Source: Gammaproteobacteria bacterium
GTDB taxonomy: Bacteria; Pseudomonadota; Gammaproteobacteria; DRLM01
Reading direction: 5' to 3'
Assembly: GCA_015490395.1 (NCBI GenBank)
Contig: WFXX01000326.1
Span: forward strand, 1-37,623
DNA: 37,623 nucleotides
Under the pieces are notes generated by a model that made no database searches, was not told the origin of the DNA, and worked only from the letters and a program-made list of their open reading frames with translations. A program made the translations under genes and the position numbers. Shown piece after piece: positions 1 to 7,765 of the stretch. How positions within the stretch are numbered: position 1 is the stretch's first letter; each line of letters begins with the position of its first letter.

Positions 1-87
1 GACCCACAACCATCCCACCGCCATCGCCCCCCGGCGCCCGTGGCCGCCCCGGGCCGGGGGGCGATGGCGGTGGGATGGTTGTGGGTC
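1..87. repeat. Perfect inverted repeat at the window edge: 1-35 is the reverse complement of 53-87, with a 17-nt loop at 36-52. It lies inside purL coding sequence.
   Basis: Direct reading: gacccacaaccatcccaccgccatcgccccccggc (1-35) against gccggggggcgatggcggtgggatggttgtgggtc (53-87). Confidence 0.95.
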
Positions 88-983
88 TCCACCTTGACGA
101 CCAGGTGGCCGTCCTCCCGGAAGCGGGCGTAGAGCCCTCCCTGCTCGGGATCGGGGGCGAAGCGCTCGGCCCGGGGGCCGGCCAGCACGGCGCCGTTGTC
201 CTTGTAGGCCGAGAGGATCCCGTCCGGCCAGTGCCGGGTGGCGTGGCGGATCATCTCGAACAGGGTATGGGGCCGGTCCTGCCCGTCGATGCGCCAGCCG
301 GCGTTGAAGATCTTGTGCCGGCAGTGCTCGGAGTTGGCCTGGGCGAACATCATGAGCTCCACGTCGGTGGGGTTGCGCCCCAGCTCGGCGAAGCTCTCCA
401 GGAAATAGTCCATCTCCTCGCCGGAGAGGGCCAGGCCCAGGCGCCGGTTGGCCTCCTCCAGGGCCGCCCGCCCCCCCTGGCGCAGGTCGATCCAGCCCAG
501 AGGACGAGGCTCGCCTTCCACGAACAGGGCCTGGGCCTCGTCGGGATCAGCCAGAACCGTCTGGGTCATGCGGTCGTGGATCAGCGGGGCCAGCCGGGCG
601 GCCGCACCCTCCGGCAGGACGCCGTGGAAGCGGTAGAGCACGCCCCGCTCCACCCGCCTGACCTGGGGCAGACCGCACTGGCGCAGGATCTCGGTGGCCT
701 TGGAGGACCAAGGGGAGACGGTACCCAGACGCGGCACCACCAGCAAATCCAGCCCCCCCAGCCCGGCGGGCGGGGCCTCCTCCTGGGCCAGGGGTACCGC
801 CTCGTCTCCCAGCAGCCGCTCCAGGCGCCCCCGCTCCTCGTCCCCCAGGCGCAGCTCGCTCTCGACGAAGTAGCGGAACTCGGCCCAGACCCGCTCCACT
901 GCCGGCACCCGGGCCCTGACAGCGGCCAGCAGGCGCTCGAGCCGGAAGGGCGAGAGGGCGGGACCCCCGTTGAGCTGCAGCAT
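1..983 (-). CDS. purL: Phosphoribosylformylglycinamidine (FGAM) synthase, single-chain PurL, N-terminal part; runs off the window
   Basis: Absent from the track because no stop lies in the window. Manual minus-strand translation from ATG 983 (GGAGGAGG just upstream) gives [22 protein letters not shown]...[18 protein letters not shown]...[24 protein letters not shown], matching the PurL N-terminus and its conserved motifs. The last ~30 nt at the edge are the fold-back copy, not purL. Confidence 0.9.
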   Translation of the reverse strand, partial: MLQLNGGPALSPFRLERLLAAVRARVPAVERVWAEFRYFVESELRLGDEERGRLERLLGDEAVPLAQEEAPPAGLGGLDLLVVPRLGTVSPWSSKATEILRQCGLPQVRRVERGVLYRFHGVLPEGAAARLAPLIHDRMTQTVLADPDEAQALFVEGEPRPLGWIDLRQGGRAALEEANRRLGLALSGEEMDYFLESFAELGRNPTDVELMMFAQANSEHCRHKIFNAGWRIDGQDRPHTLFEMIRHATRHWPDGILSAYKDNGAVLAGPRAERFAPDPEQGGLYARFREDGHLVVKVETHNHPTAIAPRPGAATGAGGRWRWDGCG

Positions 984-1044
984 GACCTCCTCCCCGGCTG
1001 AGGAACAAAGCCGGATATTTTACCCGGTTTCCCCCGTCGGGGGC

Positions 1045-1755
1045 TTAGAGGGGCACGCCCAGGCGGTGGGCCACCTCGTGGTAGGCCTGCATCAGGTCAC
1101 CGAGGTCGTGGCGGAAGAGGTCCTTGTCCAGCTTGCGACGGCTCTCGGCGTCCCAGAGCCGGCAGCCGTCCGGGGTGAACTCATCGCCCAGCAGCACCTG
1201 CCCGTGGAAGCGGCCAAACTCCAGCTTGTAGTCCACCAGCAGCAGGCCGGCCTCCTGGAAGAGGGGCTTGAGGATGGCGTTGGCCTGGAGGGTAAGCGCC
1301 TTCATGCGGGCCACCTCCTCCTCCGTGGCCCACCGGAAGGTGCGGATGTGGGACTCATTGATCATGGGGTCGTGGAGCTCGTCGTTCTTGAGGAAGAACT
1401 CGAAGACCGGGGGATCCAGCTCCCGTCCCTCCTCCACCCCCAACCGCTTGCACAGGCTCCCCGCGGCCAGGTTCCGGACCACGCACTCCACCGGGATCAT
1501 GTCCAGACGGCGCACCAGGGACTCGTGGTCCGAGAGCAGCCGGATAAAGTGGGTGGGGATGCCGCCGCGCTCCAGCCGCTCCATGACGAAGGCGTTGACC
1601 TTGTTGTTGACCGTGCCCTTGCCCGGCAGACGGGCGTGCTTGACCCCGTCGAAGGCGGTGGCATCGTCCCGGAAGCGCAGCACCAGCGCATCGGGGTCGT
1701 CCGTGCGCAGCACGGTCTTGGCCTTGCCTGCGTACAACTCGCCTAAGATCTTCAT
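1045..1755 (-). CDS. purC: Phosphoribosylaminoimidazole-succinocarboxamide (SAICAR) synthase
   Basis: 236-aa ORF (LYAGKAKTV..., [28 protein letters not shown]) typical of PurC. Its ATG overlaps the bamC stop as ATGA. Confidence 0.95.
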   Translation of the reverse strand: MKILGELYAGKAKTVLRTDDPDALVLRFRDDATAFDGVKHARLPGKGTVNNKVNAFVMERLERGGIPTHFIRLLSDHESLVRRLDMIPVECVVRNLAAGSLCKRLGVEEGRELDPPVFEFFLKNDELHDPMINESHIRTFRWATEEEVARMKALTLQANAILKPLFQEAGLLLVDYKLEFGRFHGQVLLGDEFTPDGCRLWDAESRRKLDKDLFRHDLGDLMQAYHEVAHRLGVPL

Positions 1756-2339
1756 GGCCTCTCCTCCGCTCGCAGACGCCGCTCCAGATGCTCACGCAGC
1801 CGCTCCAGCTGTAGGGCCAGCTCCACAGGATCCGGGGGCAGGGGCTCCCAGCCCTCCCCCGCACGCCGCAACCGTTGCTGAGCCAGGGTCACTTCGCTGG
1901 TCCCCAACCGACGGCCCGGCTCTAGCCGTAGGCCATAACGCTCACGCACCCCCTCGGCCCAGGCCCGATCTTCCGCCTCGCCGTCTCGGGGGCGCACCTG
2001 GCGCCAGCCGGTGAGCATCAACCCCCGCTCTCGGTCCCGCCAGGCCACCGCCCAGCCCTCGGCCTGCCAGTAGGCCTCCACCAGGGGCCAGACCCGCTGG
2101 GGCGGGGCCTCGGCCACCAGCCAGCGGCGGGATCCCTCCCGCTCCACGTAGGCCGGCCCCTCCTCACTGGGGGAGAACTCCGGCAACGCCATCTCCTCCT
2201 CCACCTCCGGCAGCTCCAGCGGGGGGGGCACCTCCAGGGGCGGCAGAATCCGCTCCACCTCCCGTTCCAGCCCCCGTGGGCCTAAGGCGCAGGCACCCAG
2301 CAGGAGGGCCAGCGCGGCCGGTAGCCAGCGGCGGCCCAT
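1752..2339 (-). CDS. bamC: Short BamC/NlpB-like outer-membrane lipoprotein (195 aa)
   Basis: Track ORF 1752..2576 trimmed to ATG 2339, 5 nt after the dapA stop. Lipobox in [47 protein letters not shown] resembles the first helix-grip domain of E. coli BamC. The dapA-bamC-purC order matches E. coli. Confidence 0.7.
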   Translation of the reverse strand: MGRRWLPAALALLLGACALGPRGLEREVERILPPLEVPPPLELPEVEEEMALPEFSPSEEGPAYVEREGSRRWLVAEAPPQRVWPLVEAYWQAEGWAVAWRDRERGLMLTGWRQVRPRDGEAEDRAWAEGVRERYGLRLEPGRRLGTSEVTLAQQRLRRAGEGWEPLPPDPVELALQLERLREHLERRLRAEERP

Positions 2340-2344
2340 GGGCC

Positions 2345-3226
2345 TCAGGCCACCGCCACGCCAGCCTGGCGCATGGAGGCCTCCAGGCGAGGCCGGTGCG
2401 CCTCGGACAGCGGGGTCAAGGGCAGGCGGATGCCCTCGGCGATGAGGCCCATGCGATGCACGGCCCATTTCACCGGGATGGGGTTGGACTCCAGGAACAG
2501 GTCCCGGTGCAGGCCCGCTAGGCGCGCGTCCAGGGCCCGGGCCTCCTCCAGGCGCCCCTCCCGGGCCGCTGCGCACAGCTCCCGCATGGCCCGCGGCGCC
2601 ACGTTGGCGGTGACCGAGATCACGCCCTTGGCCCCCAGGGCCATCAGCTCCAAGGCGGTGGCATCGTCACCACTATAGAGATCCAGCCGCTCGCCGCACC
2701 GCTCCAGGATCTCCCGGCCGCGGTCGAGATCCCCCGTGGCCTCCTTGATGCCCACCACGTTGGGGAGGGCGGCCAGACGCTCCACCGTCTCCGGGAGCAG
2801 GTCGCAGGCGGTGCGGCCGGGGACGTTGTAGAGGATCTGCGGCACGGGCACCGCCTCGGCCACCGCACGGTAGTGCAGGTAGAGCCCCTCCTGGGTAGGC
2901 TTGACGTAATAAGGGGTGACCAGGAGGCAGGCGTCAGCCCCGGCCTCCATGGCGCAGCGGGTCAGCTCGATGGCCTCACGGGTGCAGTTGGAGCCCGTGC
3001 CGGCGATCACCGGCAGCCGCCCTCGGGCCAGGCGCACCGCCTCCCGGATCACCCGGCAGTGCTCGGCCGCATCCAGGGTGGCCGACTCCCCGGTGGTGCC
3101 CACCACCACCAGCGCGTCAGTGCCCTCCTGCACGTGAAACTCGATGAGACGCTCCAGGGCCTCCCAATCCAGGGCCCCGTCGGGGTGCATGGGGGTGACC
3201 AGGGCCACCATGCTGCCGTGGAACAT
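2345..3226 (-). CDS. dapA: 4-hydroxy-tetrahydrodipicolinate synthase
   Basis: Track ORF trimmed to MFHGSMVALVTPM... (ATG 3226, GGGAGGGG SD upstream). GTTGESATL and other DapA-typical blocks are present. Confidence 0.95.
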   Translation of the reverse strand: MFHGSMVALVTPMHPDGALDWEALERLIEFHVQEGTDALVVVGTTGESATLDAAEHCRVIREAVRLARGRLPVIAGTGSNCTREAIELTRCAMEAGADACLLVTPYYVKPTQEGLYLHYRAVAEAVPVPQILYNVPGRTACDLLPETVERLAALPNVVGIKEATGDLDRGREILERCGERLDLYSGDDATALELMALGAKGVISVTANVAPRAMRELCAAAREGRLEEARALDARLAGLHRDLFLESNPIPVKWAVHRMGLIAEGIRLPLTPLSEAHRPRLEASMRQAGVAVA

Positions 3227-3384
3227 CGCCCCTCCCGCCCTCGCGGCTTCCGCCCGCAAGCTTCTGGATGGTACGCAGGGCGCTGCCGGCTTGACAAGGC
3301 AGGCCTCGACGGCCCTTCCCCGGTAGCGACGCCCGCGCTAAGCTGCCGATCTCAGACCCCGCCTTGAGGAGGTGACCGAGAGCG

Positions 3385-3867
3385 ATGCGTGTGACCGAGG
3401 GCCGGAGGCTGCCGGCGGCCGTGGCCCGGCTGGCGCTGCCCGCCACCGGCGGCGGGACGCTGCGCCTAGCGGACCTGCGGGGCCGGTGGGTGGTGCTGTA
3501 CTTCTATCCCAGGGACCACACCCCGGGCTGCACCCGCGAGGGGAGGGACTTCCGGGACCTGCACGAGCGCTTCCAAGAGCTGGGGGCGGTGGTGCTGGGT
3601 GTCTCCCGTGACAACCTCGCCTCCCATGAGCGCTTCAAGGCCAAGGAGGGCTTCCCTTTCGAGCTGCTGGCCGACACCGAGGAGGCCCTGTGCCAGGCCT
3701 TCGACGTCATCCGGCCCAAGAGGCTGTACGGCCGGGAGGTCCGGGGGGTGGAGCGCAGCACCTTCCTCATCGATCCCGAGGGGGTCCTACGCCGGGCCTG
3801 GCGGGGGGTGAAGGTGGACGGGCACGCCCGGGAGGTGCTGGAGGCCCTGCGGGAGCTGGCCGGCTGA
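3385..3867 (+). CDS. bcp: Thiol peroxidase / peroxiredoxin, Bcp (PrxQ) family
   Basis: 160-aa ORF with the VVLYFYPRDHTPGCT peroxidatic-Cys motif. GAGGAGG lies upstream. Confidence 0.9.
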   Translation: MRVTEGRRLPAAVARLALPATGGGTLRLADLRGRWVVLYFYPRDHTPGCTREGRDFRDLHERFQELGAVVLGVSRDNLASHERFKAKEGFPFELLADTEEALCQAFDVIRPKRLYGREVRGVERSTFLIDPEGVLRRAWRGVKVDGHAREVLEALRELAG

Positions 3868-3872
3868 GGGCC

Positions 3873-5267
3873 ATGGCGGGCCGGCGCCTGGTGGTGCTGG
3901 ACACCAACGTGCTCATGCACGACCCCGCCTGCCTGTTTCGCTTCGGCGGGGACGACCTGTTCCTCCCCATGGCCGTGCTGGAGGAGCTGGACCGCCACAA
4001 GCGCGGCCCCTCCGAGGTGGCCCGCAACGTCCGCCAGGCCACCCGCTTCATTGAGGAGCTGCTCCAGGGCCGGTCCCGGGAGGCCATCGAGGCGGGCCTG
4101 CCCCTGGGCGAGCGCCGGCCCGCCCTGGCCGGCCCCCGCCCCGGCCGGCTCTACATCCAGACCCGGGCCCTGGACCACGCCCTGCCGGAGGAGCTGCCCG
4201 GTGAGCTCCCGGACCACCGCATCCTGGCCACCGCCCTGGCCCTGCAGCGGGAGGATCCCGCCCGAGAGGTGGTGCTGGTCTCCCAGGACATCAACCTGCG
4301 CATCAAGGCCGCCACCCTGGGCCTGTGCGCCCAGGACTACGAGAGCGGCCCGGCTCCGGAGGAGGCCGCCCTGCTGACCAGCGGGCAGGCGCAGCTCGAT
4401 GAGGACTTCTGGGAGCGGCACCGCCGCCGCCTGCGCCGTGAGGGCGGGCGCACCCTAGTGGAGGTCCAGGGACCGGAGGTGCGCCGCTGGCATCCGGGGC
4501 AGCTGGTGCACGAGGCCCGCCCCCGGGGCTTCGAGGCCCTGGTGCGCCGAGTGGAGGGAGAGACCGCTTGGCTCAGCCCCCTGGAGCCCGACTTCCGCGA
4601 GGGCGGCCAGCGGGTCTGGGGCATCCATGCCCGGAACCGGGAGCAGCACTTCGCCCTGCACGTGCTCCTGGACCCCGAGATCGACTTCGTCACCCTCCTG
4701 GGGCCGGCGGGCACCGGCAAGACCCTCCTGGCCCTGGCCGCCGGGCTGGCCCAGGTCCTGGAGGCGCGCCGCTACCGGGAGATCCTGGTCACCCGGGCCA
4801 CGGTGCCCATGGGCGAGGACATCGGCTTCCTGCCGGGGACCGAGGAGGAGAAGATGGTGCCCTGGATGGGGGCCCTCCTGGACAACCTGGAGGTCCTGGC
4901 CTCCACCGACCCGGAGGCCGGCGGCTGGGGACGGGCCGCCGCCCAGGACCTGCTCCGCAACCGGATCAAGATCCACTCCCTGAACTTCATGCGGGGCCGC
5001 ACCTTCCTGGGCAAGTACGTCATCGTGGACGAGGCCCAGAACCTCACCCCCCGCCAGATGAAGGCCCTGGTCACCCGAGCCGGGCCGGGCACCAAGATGG
5101 TCTGCTTGGGGAACCTGGCCCAGATCGACACCCCCTACCTGACCGAGGCCTCCTCCGGCCTGAGCCACGTGGTGGAGCGCTTCCGGCCCTGGCCCCACGC
5201 CGCCCACGTGACCCTGGTCAGTGGGGAGCGCTCCCGGCTGGCCGACTATGCCAACGAGGCCCTCTGA
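3873..5267 (+). CDS. PhoH2-type protein: N-terminal PIN nuclease domain fused to a PhoH-like P-loop ATPase
   Basis: Track ORF 3690..5267 trimmed to MAGRRLVVLDTNVLMHDP (ATG 3873, 5 nt after the bcp stop). PIN acidic motifs are DTNVL, LEELD and SQDINLR. Walker A is GPAGTGKT and Walker B is VIVDEAQN. Confidence 0.85.
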   Translation: MAGRRLVVLDTNVLMHDPACLFRFGGDDLFLPMAVLEELDRHKRGPSEVARNVRQATRFIEELLQGRSREAIEAGLPLGERRPALAGPRPGRLYIQTRALDHALPEELPGELPDHRILATALALQREDPAREVVLVSQDINLRIKAATLGLCAQDYESGPAPEEAALLTSGQAQLDEDFWERHRRRLRREGGRTLVEVQGPEVRRWHPGQLVHEARPRGFEALVRRVEGETAWLSPLEPDFREGGQRVWGIHARNREQHFALHVLLDPEIDFVTLLGPAGTGKTLLALAAGLAQVLEARRYREILVTRATVPMGEDIGFLPGTEEEKMVPWMGALLDNLEVLASTDPEAGGWGRAAAQDLLRNRIKIHSLNFMRGRTFLGKYVIVDEAQNLTPRQMKALVTRAGPGTKMVCLGNLAQIDTPYLTEASSGLSHVVERFRPWPHAAHVTLVSGERSRLADYANEAL

Positions 5268-5419
5268 GCCGGTTGGGCAGCCGCTGAGAAGAGTCGGCGA
5301 GCGGCCTGGATGCAAGACGCACGCAGCGCAGCGGCCGAGGGATATGGCCACAGATAGGCAAGAGGGCGAGCGGCGCGCAACGGGCGCCAAGCGAGCATCG
5401 CCGGCCCTTCGACAGACTG

Positions 5420-6505
5420 TTAGGTCTCCGCGGTGCGGGGCCAGGCGTTGAGCACGGCCTTGACCAAGGTGGCCAGCGGGATAGCGAAAAAGACCCCCCA
5501 GAAGCCCCACAACCCCCCGAAGAGCAGCACAGCGATGATGATGGCCACGGGGTGCAGGTTCACCGCCTCCGAGAACAGCCAGGGCACCAGCACGTTGCCA
5601 TCCAGAGCCTGGATCACGGCGTAAGCCCCCACCGCGTAAGCGAACTGCTCGCTCCAGCCCCACTGGAAGAAGGCCACCAGGGCCACGGGCACCGTCACCA
5701 CCACTGCCCCAACGAAGGGCACGATCACCGAAAGTCCCACCAGGGCCGCCAACAAGGAGGCGTAGCGCATCTCCAGCAGGGCAAAGACGATGTAGCTCAC
5801 CACCCCCACGATGACGATCTCGGCGAACTTACCCCTAACGTAGTTGCCGATCTGCTGGTCCATCTCCCGCCACACCTGGGTGGCCAGGCGACGCTCCGAG
5901 GGCAGCAAGGCGCTGATCCAACTGAGAATCAGTTCTTTGTCCTTGAGAAGGAAGAAAACCAGCACCGGCACCAGGACCAGGTAGACCAGCAGGGTGATGA
6001 GCCCGGTGAGGGTGGTGAGCGAGGCCGAGAGCAGCTCCTGGGCCAAGGTGGTGATCCCGTTGCGGATGGCGGCCATGATCTGGCGTACCTCCTCCTCGGT
6101 GATCAGGCCCGGATAGAGCTCGGGCAGGCGCAAGAGGGCCTGCTGGCCCTTAGCGACCATGGTAGGCAAGTCGCGGGCGAACTCCTGGAGCTGGGAAGCG
6201 AGCAGGGGCAGCAACCCCAGCAGCAGCAGCCCCAGGACTCCCAAGAAAGCCGTATACACCACCCCCACGGCCAGCGGCCGGGGCACCCGACGCCGCTCCA
6301 GGGCTCCCACCACGCCCTCCAGGAGATAGGCGATGACGATGCTGGCCAGCACCGGCGCCAGCATCTCCCCAAAGAGCAGCACCACCGCAAAGCCCAGCCC
6401 CAACAGGAGGGCCAGGATCACCGCCTCCGGATCGGAGAAGTAGCGGCGGTACCAGCGTCCCAGCAACCGACGCAAGGTGGTGGCCTGCGCCTCCCGCCAC
6501 CTCAT
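5420..6505 (-). CDS. AI-2E family transporter / PerM-like permease (UPF0118)
   Basis: 361-aa polytopic membrane ORF with hydrophobic segments throughout, an FFLLKD motif region and a C-terminal GGLWGFWGVFFAIP block typical of the family. Confidence 0.8.
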   Translation of the reverse strand: MRWREAQATTLRRLLGRWYRRYFSDPEAVILALLLGLGFAVVLLFGEMLAPVLASIVIAYLLEGVVGALERRRVPRPLAVGVVYTAFLGVLGLLLLGLLPLLASQLQEFARDLPTMVAKGQQALLRLPELYPGLITEEEVRQIMAAIRNGITTLAQELLSASLTTLTGLITLLVYLVLVPVLVFFLLKDKELILSWISALLPSERRLATQVWREMDQQIGNYVRGKFAEIVIVGVVSYIVFALLEMRYASLLAALVGLSVIVPFVGAVVVTVPVALVAFFQWGWSEQFAYAVGAYAVIQALDGNVLVPWLFSEAVNLHPVAIIIAVLLFGGLWGFWGVFFAIPLATLVKAVLNAWPRTAET

Positions 6506-7242
6506 GGCTCCCCCTCCAGAATCCGCACCGGCGCCCCGGGACCAATGCCCAACAGCCGGTCACAACGAGCCCGGTTGGCGGCCAGCTCCACCAGGCCGTT
6601 GGCGTTCTCATACCAGAAAGGCTCGCCCGGCGGGACTTCGTGGAAGGTGCGAGCCCGACGCAGCCGCCGGCCACCAACCTCCACCACCGCCTGGGCCGAG
6701 AGGGCGGCAGCGCGCAGTCCCGTGAAGCAGTTGCCGAAGGCGTCGACGTAGATCACCTGCGCCAGCTCCTCCGGCCAGGAGCGGTCGATACGCCTGCCGG
6801 GATCCACCGGCTCCCCCGGCGGCGGCTCCCCGCGGTCCAAGCGGGCCGCTACTGGGGCAAAGAGGTCCCGCCCGTGGAAGCTGGCCGACAGGCGTGCTGG
6901 CCGCCAGGTCAGGTCCCACCAAGCCACCTCATGACCCCGCCGGGCCACCACGTTGAACAGTCCGTTGTCCGGCCCCACGAACCAGCGCCCGTCCACGCGC
7001 ACGACGGCAGGACGGCGGGCCGGGTCCCCCACACCAGGGTCCACTACGGCCAGAAAGACCGTCCCCTCGGGGAAATCCTGCGGATAGGCCGCCAGCAGGT
7101 AGGCGCTGACTCGGGGGTCGAAAGCAGGGGCCTCCGCCAGCAGGTCCACCACCAGAGCCCCCGGATGCTCCCGCCAGATGGCCCCCTTCATCTGCCCCAA
7201 GTAGGGGCTGCCCGTGCCGAAGTCCGTAAACAGCACAATCAC
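6502..7242 (-). CDS. SAM hydrolase / SAM-dependent halogenase family protein (DUF62, SAM hydroxide adenosyltransferase-like)
   Basis: VLFTDFG...PYLGQMKG, FHGRDLFAPVAA and YVDAFGNCFT blocks match DUF62. The track start at 7263 is a GTG with no SD. GTG 7242 has GGAGG 7 nt upstream and gives MIVLFTDFG. The stop overlaps the perM-like start as ATGA. Confidence 0.8.
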   Translation of the reverse strand: MIVLFTDFGTGSPYLGQMKGAIWREHPGALVVDLLAEAPAFDPRVSAYLLAAYPQDFPEGTVFLAVVDPGVGDPARRPAVVRVDGRWFVGPDNGLFNVVARRGHEVAWWDLTWRPARLSASFHGRDLFAPVAARLDRGEPPPGEPVDPGRRIDRSWPEELAQVIYVDAFGNCFTGLRAAALSAQAVVEVGGRRLRRARTFHEVPPGEPFWYENANGLVELAANRARCDRLLGIGPGAPVRILEGEP

Positions 7243-7281
7243 CGGCCTGCCTCCCGGGCCCACCGCGGGGCCCGCGATACG

Positions 7282-7306
7282 AAAAAGGCCGGGTCCGCGC
7301 CCGGCC
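7282..7306 (-). terminator. Intrinsic terminator of the alpha operon, downstream of rplQ
   Basis: The minus-strand RNA reads GGCCGGG-CGCGGA-CCCGGCC followed by UUUUUCG. This is a 7-bp GC stem plus a U5 tract, about 30 nt after the rplQ stop. Confidence 0.8.
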
Positions 7307-7337
7307 TCCGGCGTCCGCCATCCATGGTGACCCAGGT

Positions 7338-7736
7338 TCAGTCCTGGCTGGCCGAGGCCTCCTTACTGTCCGCTCCGGGCCGGCCCACCAGCTCCACGTA
7401 GGCCATAGGCGCACTGTCGCCCGACCGGAAGCCGCACTTGAGGATGCGCATGTAGCCGCCCGGGCGATCCCTGTAGCGCGGTCCCAGCTCGTTGAACAGC
7501 TTGGTCACCACCTCCCGGTCACGCAGCCGGTCGAAGGCCCGGCGCCGAGCCAGCGGGCTGTCGTCCCGACGCGCCATGGTGATGAGCGGCTCCACCACGC
7601 GCCGTAGCTCTTTGGCCTTGGGCACCGTGGTGCGGATGGCCTCGTGGCGTAACAGGGACACCGCCATGTTGCGGAACATGGCCCGGCGGTGGCTGGAGGT
7701 CCGCCCCAGCTTGCGGCCTGCCTTGCGGTGTCGCAT
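7338..7736 (-). CDS. rplQ: 50S ribosomal protein L17
   Basis: [24 protein letters not shown]..., strong L17 identity. Confidence 0.97.
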   Translation of the reverse strand: MRHRKAGRKLGRTSSHRRAMFRNMAVSLLRHEAIRTTVPKAKELRRVVEPLITMARRDDSPLARRRAFDRLRDREVVTKLFNELGPRYRDRPGGYMRILKCGFRSGDSAPMAYVELVGRPGADSKEASASQD

Positions 7737-7765
7737 AGACTCGTACCTCCCGCGCTGCCCGGCGA

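Noticed and set aside
75-1001. A 308-aa plus-strand ORF, and the 153-aa minus-strand ORF at 547-1008, at the left end.
   Set aside because: A different minus-strand frame from ATG 983 encodes a clear PurL N-terminus with no stops. The track ORFs are the antisense and out-of-frame shadows of it.
2340-2576. A 79-residue N-terminal extension of the bamC-like ORF. Analogous upstream extensions occur in dapA (3227-3259), phoH2 (3690-3872), rpoC, rplA, rplC, rpsJ, rpsH and rpsN.
   Set aside because: The extensions overlap the preceding conserved gene, are Gly/Pro/Arg-rich junk, and often start at GTG. Internal starts with an SD and homology-consistent N-termini are preferred.
5268-5419. A purine-rich 152-nt spacer between the convergent phoH2 and permease genes, with a 10-nt direct repeat GGCGAGCGGC at 5296-5305 and 5365-5374. 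I considered it as an sRNA or a bidirectional terminator.
   Set aside because: There is no stable stem with a U-tract on either strand and no promoter-like motif. Only weak 5-6 bp stems are present. A 10-mer GC-rich repeat can arise by chance in DNA of this composition. There is not enough evidence to call a feature.
4455-6751. Two long ORFs: 402 aa on the minus strand (4455-5663) and 399 aa on the plus strand (5552-6751).
   Set aside because: They are antisense to phoH2 and to the AI-2E permease respectively. Composition is low-complexity and no motifs are present.
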